64,000 nucleotides of DNA from Armatimonadota bacterium. GTDB taxonomy: Bacteria; Armatimonadota; UBA5829; DTLH01. Under the pieces are notes generated by a model. It worked only from the letters and a program-made list of their open reading frames with translations, was not told the DNA's origin and ran no database searches. The stretch lies in NCBI GenBank assembly GCA_039679675.1, contig JBDKUN010000059.1, positions 51,105-115,104 of the forward strand. Direction: 5' to 3'. This document shows, piece by piece, positions 9,642 through 18,719 of this stretch. The number at the start of each line of letters is the position of its first letter. Positions within the stretch are counted from its first letter, which is position 1. The position numbers were made by a program, and so were the translations under genes.

Positions 9642-11662
9642 GACGCACAACAGGCCCCGACATAAGTTATCCACTGTACCTCGCCGGTCTTGCGACCATG
9701 TTATGCGCATTGACGGCGCTTAACTCAGTAGTATCCGACAACTCATTTACCATACTGAGCGGCACGCTCATGTGTTTGGGTTATATCACGAGCGTAATCC
9801 TTAGGCGAGTCGGCTACAAAACCCGTATTATCGAGTTTGTAATCGTAATTGCAGCCGTGCTGGTCTATTTGCAGATAATCGGCGGCCGTGCGATCATCCC
9901 CATGAATACAACCGGTTCTTCGGAGATGAGACTCGCATCGATGCTGCTATGGCTGGAAGTACTTAGGAGTTTTACTCTCGTCTCGGACGAAGCGGTTGTT
10001 TTTACATCAATTCCAGCCGTCGTCCTGATCAGCTTAACGGCGACAAATAACATAAACTCTGAGGTAATGGCGGCCTTTATAGTATATCTGATCCTGGCTA
10101 CATTTACGCTGGCTCACCGGCCTGAGCAAAACAACAAGTCAGTCAAGCCGGGATTCAGGATGGCTATTGCTATTACAAGCCTCGCGATTGCAATTGGCTG
10201 CCTCGCCGTTATCCCGGTCAGATTAGCTTGTACGAAGGCGTTTGCCATTGCAATGCCTCAGTTTACACAACTCAGAGAACGCGCGGGAATGTCCGTCGAT
10301 AGCGATTCGAGCATGCTGCAGATCTCCCAAGGGCCGGTTCACCTGTCCGATAAAGTTGTGATGTCCATCAAGTCTCGATCATTGAAAACGGGCAAAGCAG
10401 TCGGGGCATACTGGAGAAGCAAGGTTTTCGACCGCTACACAGGTCATGGCTGGCAATCAACCGCACAATTTACGACAATGGCGAGCGAAAGGATAGATGA
10501 GCCGGGATACGATAAGGGTTGGAGCCGGTACAGCTTTATCCCAGCGGAACACGAAGAGTTGATAGAACAGGTTATATACCCGAGCTTCGCAATCGGAAGA
10601 GATGTGATCGCGGCAACTGAGCCGGTAACTATCGAAGGGCCGTTTTCCGAGCTAAAGCGTAACGATTTCAATTGCTGGCACAGCTATACCTCGATTGGCA
10701 GCTTATCAAGCTACCGGGTAATCTCCTCCATGCCAGTTACCGATCTGGAAAGATTAAGGAAAGCGTCGACCAACTACAGCAGCGATATCAGAACCTGCTT
10801 CCTGCAGACGACAACCAGTACATCAAAAGCCGGAGAACTGGCAAGAAAAATTACCCGTGGAATTAAAAATCCGTATGATAAGGCTGCTACCATCAGCAGA
10901 TACCTTGGAGAACACTATACCTACGATCTGGATGCACCGCCAGCTCCGTCGGGACAAGATGCGGTCGATTATTTCCTTTTCAAGTCCAAGACCGGATACT
11001 GTGATGTATTCGCCAGTGCAATGGTTGTGATGCTTAGGGAGACAGGTGTTCCGGCAAGGCTTGTGGCTGGATATGCGACCGGAGACTATGATGCGGATTC
11101 GGGTATGTTCAAAATACGGGACAGAGACCGTCATGCCTGGGTGGAAGCCTACTTCCCGGACTGCGGATGGGCCACTTTTGATCCAACAGAACTGACCAAA
11201 ACGCGTTCAGAGAGCTTCTTGGGCCGGATATTCGCTATTTTCAACCGATTGTTGCGCGGTATATTGAGCGGGCCGATCATATTGCCGCTGATGGTTGCAG
11301 TGCTTATTATCAGCGCGTGTTTCGCATTTGCGCCGGACATAAAGAAACTCCGTCTGTTCAGAAAGCATTCCGGCCCCGGCAAGCTTCATACAGCTTTCGT
11401 GGCGAGATACGAATCGATCCTGAGAAGTATGAATGTCAGAAACAAATATCTAACTCCCAGCGAAGCAGCTGTTGCCGGAACAGAATGCGCGCCGGAAGCA
11501 AGCGCGATAGCTCTGAAAGCCGCAAATCTATTCGGGTATATACGCTACAGCGGGCGCGAGGTAACTGTTAGCGATATAAAGGAGCTTGAACATCTGCACA
11601 GGAAACTGCAAGCCGCTTTGAGGCTTGCAAATGGCAGCCAGTCTCACCTGAAGAATTGTTAA
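9638..11662 (+). CDS. polytopic transglutaminase-domain protein (TgpA-like)
   Basis: 4-nt overlap with the DUF58 gene. About six N-terminal TM helices. The transglutaminase core is GYCDVFASAMVVMLRETGVPARLV...DRHAWVEAYF...FDPT. Confidence 0.85.
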   Translation: MRRTTGPDISYPLYLAGLATMLCALTALNSVVSDNSFTILSGTLMCLGYITSVILRRVGYKTRIIEFVIVIAAVLVYLQIIGGRAIIPMNTTGSSEMRLASMLLWLEVLRSFTLVSDEAVVFTSIPAVVLISLTATNNINSEVMAAFIVYLILATFTLAHRPEQNNKSVKPGFRMAIAITSLAIAIGCLAVIPVRLACTKAFAIAMPQFTQLRERAGMSVDSDSSMLQISQGPVHLSDKVVMSIKSRSLKTGKAVGAYWRSKVFDRYTGHGWQSTAQFTTMASERIDEPGYDKGWSRYSFIPAEHEELIEQVIYPSFAIGRDVIAATEPVTIEGPFSELKRNDFNCWHSYTSIGSLSSYRVISSMPVTDLERLRKASTNYSSDIRTCFLQTTTSTSKAGELARKITRGIKNPYDKAATISRYLGEHYTYDLDAPPAPSGQDAVDYFLFKSKTGYCDVFASAMVVMLRETGVPARLVAGYATGDYDADSGMFKIRDRDRHAWVEAYFPDCGWATFDPTELTKTRSESFLGRIFAIFNRLLRGILSGPIILPLMVAVLIISACFAFAPDIKKLRLFRKHSGPGKLHTAFVARYESILRSMNVRNKYLTPSEAAVAGTECAPEASAIALKAANLFGYIRYSGREVTVSDIKELEHLHRKLQAALRLANGSQSHLKNC

Positions 11663-11678
11663 CCTTTTAGAATGGATT

Positions 11679-11712
11679 CCTCCGGAAGGAGCCCACCGCT
11701 TTCTTCCGGAGG
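11679..11712. terminator. bidirectional hairpin
   Basis: CCTCCGGAAG-14 nt-CTTCCGGAGG lies between convergent genes. Confidence 0.55.
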
Positions 11713-11736
11713 TTAAAACTTTGATACGGCCGGATC

Positions 11737-11943
11737 CTATTCCACCTGTCCCACACCAGCCATTACATCAGCCATGTTTGTATATTCCTGGTTAGGAAGT
11801 TGTTCCAGGATGTCTATGATTTCTTGTGGCGCATTATTATCCTCGGCATGGTTGACTAATTCGTCTTTGGATGCAGGAAAATCGATTCCTTCAAGAAAAT
11901 TAGCGATATTTGCAGGCGACCTTCCGCCCATACCTCTCGACAT
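11737..11943 (-). CDS. DUF2795-family small protein
   Basis: GGAGG lies 8 nt before the ATG at 11943. The sequence GGRSPANIANFLEGIDFPASKDELVNHAEDNNAPQEIIDILEQLP matches the DUF2795 pattern. Confidence 0.7.
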   Translation of the reverse strand: MSRGMGGRSPANIANFLEGIDFPASKDELVNHAEDNNAPQEIIDILEQLPNQEYTNMADVMAGVGQVE

Positions 11944-12081
11944 GCAAGACACCTCCTTTGCATTTTTCAGCAAGCGGCGCCGATCTTTGTTGTTAATACC
12001 AACAAAAGCCGATAAATATGCCTGCCAAGCAATCTTAGGTGGTACAAGCAAAAGGAGCCCGATAAAATCAGACTCCTTCTA

Positions 12082-12267
12082 CTATGGATGCAATCTGTCC
12101 AGGAGTTCGCTGGGAATGCAGGCGCACCTAAACGATACGAATGATAATAGCGATTTGCTGACCTGCATTACCTGATCGAAGACATCCACCGGCACTTGAA
12201 CGGAAACAACCTGCCCACTGCGGGGGAACACCAGGTCGACGGACCGTGTGAGCTGCATCCCATTCAC
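12082..12267 (-). CDS. hypothetical 61-aa protein
   Basis: ORF with a purine-rich stretch (GGAAAGGCAGGTGA) directly upstream. No recognisable family. Confidence 0.3.
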   Translation of the reverse strand: MNGMQLTRSVDLVFPRSGQVVSVQVPVDVFDQVMQVSKSLLSFVSFRCACIPSELLDRLHP

Positions 12268-12349
12268 CTGCCTTTCCTTTTTAAATTGTCAAATCCGGAC
12301 TTATGCTTCAAATATCGGCATGTGCCGATCAACTCTTCAGTCGAAGAGA

Positions 12350-12547
12350 CTACCTATAGATTTTCGGCTGATTAATTAACAACCAGTCATATATTGGTTG
12401 TTGCCGAAAATCCCCCGGAAGAGTTTCAGGTATAAGTGTAAAATCAACAGATATAGCTACATCAGAGAATTGTTTATATAGCTGTAAGGCTGTTACTTTA
12501 TCTCCTGAAACTCTGTAAGTCCGGTTATTAGACGAACTCACCGCCAT
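12350..12547 (-). CDS. hypothetical 65-aa protein
   Basis: The ATG at 12547 lies 10 nt after the stop of the upstream zinc-ribbon gene, with GAGGGA 6 nt before it. Two hairpins follow it (12310-12345). No recognisable family. Confidence 0.3.
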   Translation of the reverse strand: MAVSSSNNRTYRVSGDKVTALQLYKQFSDVAISVDFTLIPETLPGDFRQQPIYDWLLINQPKIYR

Positions 12548-12557
12548 CGATGTTCCC

Positions 12558-13613
12558 TCACCTTGGTGTCGTTTGCAGCGGCATTTGCAGCGGCTGTTGA
12601 GGCGCCATTTGCGGCGCCATTTGTGGTACCATTTGTGGTGATATGTGCATTGTCTCAACAATGAGCTTTTTCATCATTTCCTGTGTAGCTTGCTCTGACT
12701 GCGCCTCATCAATCTTCCACTTACCGTCTTCTAATACAGTCACCATTGGTATGCCAGCTTGTAATATCTTATCAATAAAATCCATTACGAGTTTCCGCGT
12801 CTCAGGGGTCATTGAGATGTCTCTTTTATATATTTCATTCTCGATTTTCTTGCATCCAGCGGGTAGGAACATAAAAGAAACAACAGCTCTCGTATTACTG
12901 CTGCTGGTAACCTTTAAGGCATAGTCGACGCCTTCCTTTTCAGTAGTTCGCCCAAAACTTACGTGGCTATTATTTATTACACTGCCAATAATATCGAATG
13001 AACTGTAAGCATTGTTATTCTGAGATCCTTTTGTAAGACAATTCCGCATGGCCTTCTTATTACCGGAATCGGATGCTCGTATAAATGCCCTGACTACACC
13101 TGCGGGGGTATTGTCCTCAGGTTTGTGGCTTTTCATATAAGCAAAGATTCCTCCACCTATGATCGCCAGAGCCAGTATAATAACAGCAATCATTGCTCCC
13201 GGTCCGGAGCTTTTCACCGGCTCAGGCCGTATGAACTCTTCGCGTCGGCGATATTGCTGCTGAGGAGGAGGGCCATAAGGTCCGGGTTGTGGTCCATAAG
13301 GACTTGGCGGTTGCGGCCGTTGCCCGCCCAGTGGCTGTCCAACTACTGTTTGCTGATTTGCCTGCGGCGGCTGTCCGGTCGGAGGACCATTAAGCGGACC
13401 AGTTAAGGGACCTGTCAATGGGGTAGAGCCGCCCATGGGTTGTTGAGGCTGCACAGGCTGTATCGGTTGAGTTTTTTCAGGACCGGTCAGAGGTTGAGCG
13501 TTCAAAGGCCCAGGAGTTACGGTCGGTTGAACATTCGCAAGTGGTGCAAAGCAGTTATAACAAGCCGAACTATCAGGTCTGTTATCAGCACCGCATTTCG
13601 GACACTTCTTCAT
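12558..13613 (-). CDS. zinc-ribbon / Pro-Gln-rich / single-TM protein with C-terminal globular domain
   Basis: N-terminal CPKCG...CYNC ribbon, a long P/Q/G-rich linker, a TM helix (AMIAVIILALAIIGGGIFAY) and an extracytoplasmic domain of about 170 aa. A 3 x 12-nt tandem repeat at 12601-12636 encodes PQMA/PQMV. Confidence 0.7.
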   Translation of the reverse strand: MKKCPKCGADNRPDSSACYNCFAPLANVQPTVTPGPLNAQPLTGPEKTQPIQPVQPQQPMGGSTPLTGPLTGPLNGPPTGQPPQANQQTVVGQPLGGQRPQPPSPYGPQPGPYGPPPQQQYRRREEFIRPEPVKSSGPGAMIAVIILALAIIGGGIFAYMKSHKPEDNTPAGVVRAFIRASDSGNKKAMRNCLTKGSQNNNAYSSFDIIGSVINNSHVSFGRTTEKEGVDYALKVTSSSNTRAVVSFMFLPAGCKKIENEIYKRDISMTPETRKLVMDFIDKILQAGIPMVTVLEDGKWKIDEAQSEQATQEMMKKLIVETMHISPQMVPQMAPQMAPQQPLQMPLQTTPR

Positions 13614-13753
13614 GTCTGAATTCTCCTTAAGTATACATTTGGCGATGCGACGGACCGTAACTACCCGATGCCGTCATATTAAGCAATCATACTATTGAAT
13701 TATGACCAAATATTAGCAGACAGTCAAGAGGATTTTGTCGGCATTGCATAGAG

Positions 13754-13782
13754 TTGACACCAATAATCTACTGAATTACAAT
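13754..13782 (+). promoter_or_regulatory. sigma70-like promoter for 13859 gene
   Basis: TTGACA, 17-nt spacer, TACAAT. Confidence 0.5.
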
Positions 13783-13858
13783 CAATTCAATGATTAGCAA
13801 TGATCATGAATCGAGTAGTTAGTCTTGTCATTTTAAATGAGTTAAAAGGAGAAATGCC

Positions 13859-14821
13859 ATGAAACGCAAGATCATTTTCTTAATCATTGCTGTTATGCCG
13901 TTTGTCTGCAGTATGCCGAATATCGGTTTTTGCGATCAAGACAATCAGATTCCTGATGAGGCAACCCTAATCCGGGCATTTGATATGGGAAGTACATTTG
14001 CTGTTGTGGAAATGCTCGGAGAGCAGCATCTGGACAATGATGGTAGATATCGGATAAAGCTAAAAGTGAAAAAACTTCTTATTCCTGGGGATTTATCGCT
14101 GCAGGATGTCAAAGACCCGATAGCCTGTTATAGTGGCATGTGGCATCCAAGGAATTACCCGCCAAAGGACGTTAATGACCCGAAGCCTCCGAAACCCGAA
14201 CCGAATGAATTATTCAGCAATCTGATACCTGGCCATACCTATGCGCTGTTTTTCATTCGTGAATTTCAAAACGGGTTCGTCTGGTGTTTTAGGGATAATT
14301 ATTATGAAGTAAGCATAGCTGACCAGCAGGAAATGGCAAAACTCGAATCCTTGGCAGAACAAGCATATAAGTCTTCAACAGTAATAAAATTTCGGAGTGT
14401 TAAGCCGAAGGTAGATCATACGCTGCCAAATCTTGATGATCAACTCATCCAAACCTGTAATCGGTTCAGAGCAAATATCAGTAAAAGGTGCAGTGAAGGT
14501 GAAGCAATAGCAAGATCAGATCTCGGATCACGTGCAACAATGAGATCTCCAGTCTATTCCTATATATCATTTGACCCACCAAAAATTAAGCTCAGCCGCG
14601 GCCAAGTTCTGGGTCTTCTCGGCCAACCAACACAGAAAAACGGTTTTACCTACTCCTGGCACTGTGGTTTAGATCCCATTCCAGATGCCTGGAAACTTAG
14701 CCCTACATGTGCAACTATCGACAGATCAAAACAGTATTACGGTGCATTGATCATTACATTCGATGCCGATGAAAATACTCATTACGTGGGTTATGCGATA
14801 TCTTCAATGGATTCAAAATAG
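13859..14821 (+). CDS. hypothetical secreted protein
   Basis: AAAGGAG RBS and a signal-peptide-like N-terminus (IIFLIIAVMPFVCS). AT-richer than its neighbours. No recognisable family. Confidence 0.6.
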   Translation: MKRKIIFLIIAVMPFVCSMPNIGFCDQDNQIPDEATLIRAFDMGSTFAVVEMLGEQHLDNDGRYRIKLKVKKLLIPGDLSLQDVKDPIACYSGMWHPRNYPPKDVNDPKPPKPEPNELFSNLIPGHTYALFFIREFQNGFVWCFRDNYYEVSIADQQEMAKLESLAEQAYKSSTVIKFRSVKPKVDHTLPNLDDQLIQTCNRFRANISKRCSEGEAIARSDLGSRATMRSPVYSYISFDPPKIKLSRGQVLGLLGQPTQKNGFTYSWHCGLDPIPDAWKLSPTCATIDRSKQYYGALIITFDADENTHYVGYAISSMDSK

Positions 14822-14886
14822 ACAACCTGGAATCTGTAGTAGGTAATTGGCCGGGTTTGCACCACCTATTCTCCGCACGCTTGTCC

Positions 14887-14915
14887 TTGACACTGTTCCT
14901 GGTGGATGGTAGGAT
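14887..14915 (+). promoter_or_regulatory. candidate sigma70-like promoter upstream of hrcA
   Basis: TTGACA, 17-nt spacer, TAGGAT. Confidence 0.4.
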
Positions 14916-14963
14916 GAAACTTGGAAAATAGGCTTTTCCGGTAGTAATTCTGCAGGTAACAAG

Positions 14964-16025
14964 ATGAGCGCGCACTCAGAATCATTGGATAATCGAAAGC
15001 GAAAAATACTAAAAGCGGTGGTACATGAGCATGTAGAGACTGCCGAGCCTGTTGCATCGGAGTCTCTGGTACAGCACTATGACTTCGGCGTCAGGTCCGC
15101 AACTATCCGCAACGAAATGGCTGAGATGGCAGACATGGGTTATCTACGTCAGCCGCATACGTCTTCTGGCCGGGTTCCGTCGGACCTGGGCTATAGGTTC
15201 TATGTGGACCAGCTGATGGATGCTCCGCATCTGCCAATGAGCGATGCCGTAAAAGCAAAAGAAAGTCTTGCGTCTGCCGCTGTTGAGTTTGACCGTGCAA
15301 TCAGCCAGACCTGCCGTATTCTCACAGGGCTTACGCGCTACACATCCATAGCAACACAGATAGTAGGCAAAGAGACGATTATCCGGCACATCAGCCTGTC
15401 AAGGATCACAGGCCGGAAACTGCTCCTTGTCGTCGTGCTTTCGGATGGTCGCGTTGAACACAGGATCGTCGATCCAGGTATTTCTGTTCAGGATAGAGAT
15501 GTAATCCAGGTTTCGAACCTTCTTTCGTCGCATTTCTGCACAGCAAGCATAGGGGCTGTGCTTTCAGCCGATGATATTGACATTCCGCAGCCTGTATCGC
15601 AATCTGCCGGTACTATCTATTCAAGAGCGAAATATGTGCTCAAGAATTTGGCTGAATCTTTGTCTTTTTCTGATACGAGTGTTCATATCGAAGGAACTAA
15701 CTACATCTTGTCTCAGCCCGAATTTCAGGATGTACTCAGGTTGACATCTATACTTTCAGCGCTCGAAGAGCGGACGCGGCTTTACCAACTTCTTTCCAGG
15801 CTGGTACTTGGGCCCGACGTTACGGTAATTGTGGGCGCTGAGAACCCATACAACGAGATGCAGGATACCAGCTTTGTAGCAGCAAGCTATAAGATCGGCG
15901 ACAAGGTTGTCGGCACTATCGGAGTTATAGGCCCGACCAGGATGAACTATCGCCGCGCTGTAGCCGCTGTAGAAGTTATGGCGAGAAACTTGAGCAATCT
16001 GCTCACCGATTTAAGCTTGAGCTGA
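14964..16025 (+). CDS. hrcA: heat-inducible transcription repressor HrcA
   Basis: RKRKILKAVVHEHVETAEPVASESL...ATIRNEMAEMADMGYLRQPHTSSGRVPSDLGYRFYVD is typical of HrcA. Confidence 0.9.
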   Translation: MSAHSESLDNRKRKILKAVVHEHVETAEPVASESLVQHYDFGVRSATIRNEMAEMADMGYLRQPHTSSGRVPSDLGYRFYVDQLMDAPHLPMSDAVKAKESLASAAVEFDRAISQTCRILTGLTRYTSIATQIVGKETIIRHISLSRITGRKLLLVVVLSDGRVEHRIVDPGISVQDRDVIQVSNLLSSHFCTASIGAVLSADDIDIPQPVSQSAGTIYSRAKYVLKNLAESLSFSDTSVHIEGTNYILSQPEFQDVLRLTSILSALEERTRLYQLLSRLVLGPDVTVIVGAENPYNEMQDTSFVAASYKIGDKVVGTIGVIGPTRMNYRRAVAAVEVMARNLSNLLTDLSLS

Positions 16026-16059
16026 TTCGCCAGTTAATATAGTATTCTGAGTATTTTTC

Positions 16060-16108
16060 ATGCTTCGGGACCGCAGTTCGCCCCGAAGCACGCATTCCAC
16101 CATTTTTT
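16060..16108. repeat. REP-like palindromic element (hairpin plus TCCACCA tail)
   Basis: ATGCTTCGGG-accgcagttcg-CCCCGAAGCA followed by cgcaTTCCACCAtttttt. Related copies are listed in the findings. Confidence 0.7.
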
Positions 16109-16165
16109 GAAACTCTGAGTTGTTGGGTGCTGTTTACCGGCATCCATATTTTTATGAGAGGTACA

Positions 16166-17740
16166 ATGACGGATAACGTAAAGCAGGTCAGTAAAGGTGC
16201 GGAAGTCGATGAGCGTCTCGCCGCGCTTCTCGCAAACGCAGGAGCGATAAGGACTGTCGCTTCCGCTGTCGAAGGGACTATCGGCCCGAAAGGGCTGAAC
16301 TGCATGCTCGTTGACAGGTTCGGCGATGTCATTATCACCAACGACGGAAGCGCAATTCTCGATAAGATAGATGTGACTCATCCGGCTTCCAGGATGCTCA
16401 TCAACACGGCAAAAGCACAGGATGATGAGGTCGGAGACGGCACTACCACCGCTACATTGCTCGCGAGCGCGCTTGTGACAGAAGGCGCGAACCATGTGGC
16501 CCGCGGCGTGCCTGTGACTAAGGTTATCGACGGGCTGCAGCTTGGGGTCGCTTCTGCGCTTTCATTTATCAAGAACCAGGCGAAGCAGGTCGAAGGGTTC
16601 GACGACAAATGGCTCATCAAGACCGCACAGGTCTCTGCAAGAGGGCAAGAAGACCTGGCGGAGCTTGCCGTGAATGCAGCGAAACTCGTCGGGCGGGATA
16701 AGCTTGCTGAACCTGCATTCAAACTCTCGGATACTGTCGTGGCAAAAGAAGGTGCAGAAAACGAAGTCTTTTCCGGGCTCGTCATCGACAAGGAACGAAT
16801 TTCCAGGCAGATGCCGCTCTCCGTTGACGACGTAAAAGTCCTTGTAGTCGATGATGCCATAGAGCCGGAAAAAATAGAGGAAGACGCGCTTGCCACTGAA
16901 GCAGGATTCTCCCGATATATGGCTCTCCAGGCTGAGTTTCATGCGAACCTGAAGAAAATAATTGAGCTCGGAGTTCGGTTTGTCGTGGCTGCGAAGTCTA
17001 TTGATGACACAGCAGAGGAGATATTTACGGATGCCGGAATACTTGCGGTCAGACGGTTGTCGTCCAGAGATATAACCCGGCTTATAGACCACACCGGAGC
17101 ACGCCCGATTAAGCGGTCAGGACTTAAAAAGGATGCTGCGGAGCTTGAAAAGTTTCTCGGCAAATGCGAGCGGGTATACGAAGATGAGCACCTGGGGCAT
17201 ATCCGTGTAATCGGAGGCGCGGGAAAGCCCGCAGCGACGATTCTGGTCGGCGCATCGACACAGGAAGTCAAGGAAGAGCGCGACAGGATCGCAAGAGACG
17301 CAGCTTCGGCGGTCCAGGCTGCAATACTCAGCGGTGTAGTTCCCGGCGGCGGCTCAATTGAGCTTGCAGCTGCCCGTAAAGTCGGTGAACTCCGTCAGGA
17401 AGTCCGTGGGATGGCCGCCTACGGAGTAGATTGCGTCGCTGAAGCCCTGAAACGGCCGCTTATGCAGATCGTGGCGAATGCGGGGTTCAATCCACTTGAA
17501 AAAGTGGAAGATGCTATCGCTGCTCAGTTAAAAGATAATAAATCGTCGCTTGCCGTTAACTGCGATACGGGTGAGATCGTCGATATGTTCGAACTCGGCG
17601 TCGTAGACCCTGCCAGAGTCAAAATTCATGCACTCAAGGCAGCGGGTGAAGTCGCGGAAGCGGTGCTGAGAATAAATATAATCATCAGAAAACGCGAGGA
17701 CGGCACCGGGCAGAAACCCGATAGCCGTATGTCGGTGTGA
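16166..17740 (+). CDS. thermosome/TCP-1-type (group II/III, archaeal-like) chaperonin
   Basis: GAGAGG RBS. The sequence TIGPKGLNCMLVDRFGDVIITNDGSAILDKIDVTHPASRML...DDEVGDGTTTAT has the ITNDG signature of the thermosome family rather than the ITKDG of GroEL. 524 aa. Confidence 0.88.
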   Translation: MTDNVKQVSKGAEVDERLAALLANAGAIRTVASAVEGTIGPKGLNCMLVDRFGDVIITNDGSAILDKIDVTHPASRMLINTAKAQDDEVGDGTTTATLLASALVTEGANHVARGVPVTKVIDGLQLGVASALSFIKNQAKQVEGFDDKWLIKTAQVSARGQEDLAELAVNAAKLVGRDKLAEPAFKLSDTVVAKEGAENEVFSGLVIDKERISRQMPLSVDDVKVLVVDDAIEPEKIEEDALATEAGFSRYMALQAEFHANLKKIIELGVRFVVAAKSIDDTAEEIFTDAGILAVRRLSSRDITRLIDHTGARPIKRSGLKKDAAELEKFLGKCERVYEDEHLGHIRVIGGAGKPAATILVGASTQEVKEERDRIARDAASAVQAAILSGVVPGGGSIELAAARKVGELRQEVRGMAAYGVDCVAEALKRPLMQIVANAGFNPLEKVEDAIAAQLKDNKSSLAVNCDTGEIVDMFELGVVDPARVKIHALKAAGEVAEAVLRINIIIRKREDGTGQKPDSRMSV

Positions 17741-17748
17741 GGATAAAT

Positions 17749-18345
17749 ATGCGCAGGCAAAAAGATTACGACCAAAAAGAAGTCGAGATAGAAGTTGAAG
17801 AAACAGGCGGAGATGAAAGCCTTGAGCCGGAGGCTGAGGCGCTTGCGCCGTCTGTCGATGAGCTCCAGAATGAGATAGAACGTCTTAGAGCCGAGCTTAA
17901 AGAAGAGAAAAAGCGCGCGGACGAGGAACATGACCGTCACCTGAGGTCGCTCGCCGACTTCAGCAACTATAAAAGGCGGCATACAGAAGAGTACAAACAG
18001 GCGATTCTGTGTGCGTCGCAGGAGTTGATACTAAAGATCCTTCCTGTCATCGACAACTTCCAGCGTGCGCTCGAAGCAGCTGAAAAAACGCAGAGCTTCG
18101 ATGGTCTTTTGGAAGGTGTCCGCTTGACTCTCAAGCAGTTGGGAGATATTCTCGAACGAGAAGGAATCCAGCAGATCAAAGCCGCCGGTGAACAGTTTGA
18201 TCCCACATATCATGAGGCTGTCATGCGGGTCGAGACTGACGAATACCCTGAAAATACAGTCATCGATGAGTTTCAACCAGGCTACACTCAACACGACAAG
18301 GTAATTCGACCCGCAAAGGTGAGAGTGGCTGTTTTACCGGAGTAA
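17749..18345 (+). CDS. grpE: nucleotide exchange factor GrpE
   Basis: GTGAGGA RBS. An N-terminal acidic coiled coil is followed by RSLADFSNYKRR...ILPVIDNFQRA...G.LEGV.L and a C-terminal beta domain. Confidence 0.9.
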   Translation: MRRQKDYDQKEVEIEVEETGGDESLEPEAEALAPSVDELQNEIERLRAELKEEKKRADEEHDRHLRSLADFSNYKRRHTEEYKQAILCASQELILKILPVIDNFQRALEAAEKTQSFDGLLEGVRLTLKQLGDILEREGIQQIKAAGEQFDPTYHEAVMRVETDEYPENTVIDEFQPGYTQHDKVIRPAKVRVAVLPE

Positions 18346-18382
18346 GACAGGTGCTTTAGTATTAGAAGGTCCAGATTAATCA

Positions 18383-18412
18383 GGGGGAATGGTAATTTTT
18401 TACCATTCCCCC
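18383..18412. terminator. bidirectional intrinsic terminator
   Basis: GGGGGAATGGTA-attttt-TACCATTCCCCC (12-bp stem) lies between convergent grpE and the 18417 gene. Confidence 0.75.
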
Positions 18413-18416
18413 CTAT

Positions 18417-18719
18417 TTATTGATGTTTTGGCCTGATCCCCACATACGAAAGCAAAGTCCGGCCGTTATAGAAAATGTGTATTAATCCAAAGACCAAAAT
18501 AAGGACCCCAGCCAATTTATGCAGCCCCTCCGGGAAAAATCCGCTCCTACCGTGTGATGTTGGTGCAGGTGCAGCAGCCTGACCGGCATTTACAGCAGAA
18601 GCTACCGCCGGCCTGCCTCTATGTCTTTCTTGTCCTTCGTGCCCAGACATCATAGACACCACTGTTACGAACATCGCGATAAAGCTGATCGCAAGAATTA
18701 CCGATGTTACTTTTCTCAT
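18417..18719 (-). CDS. hypothetical two-TM membrane protein
   Basis: Two hydrophobic helices flank a His/Arg/Ala-rich loop. No family assigned. Confidence 0.45.
   Translation of the reverse strand: MRKVTSVILAISFIAMFVTVVSMMSGHEGQERHRGRPAVASAVNAGQAAAPAPTSHGRSGFFPEGLHKLAGVLILVFGLIHIFYNGRTLLSYVGIRPKHQ

Noticed and set aside
14822-16165. Search for a CIRCE operator (TTAGCACTC-N9-GAGTGCTAA) upstream of hrcA or the chaperonin gene
   Set aside because: I could find no match, even allowing a few mismatches by eye. The only inverted repeat is the REP-like GCTTCGG hairpin. Absence is reported as a finding, not as a feature.
16003-16495. Minus-strand ORFs of 112 and 145 aa across the hrcA-chaperonin junction
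   Set aside because: They overlap the chaperonin gene and the REP hairpin, and have no RBS or recognisable sequence.
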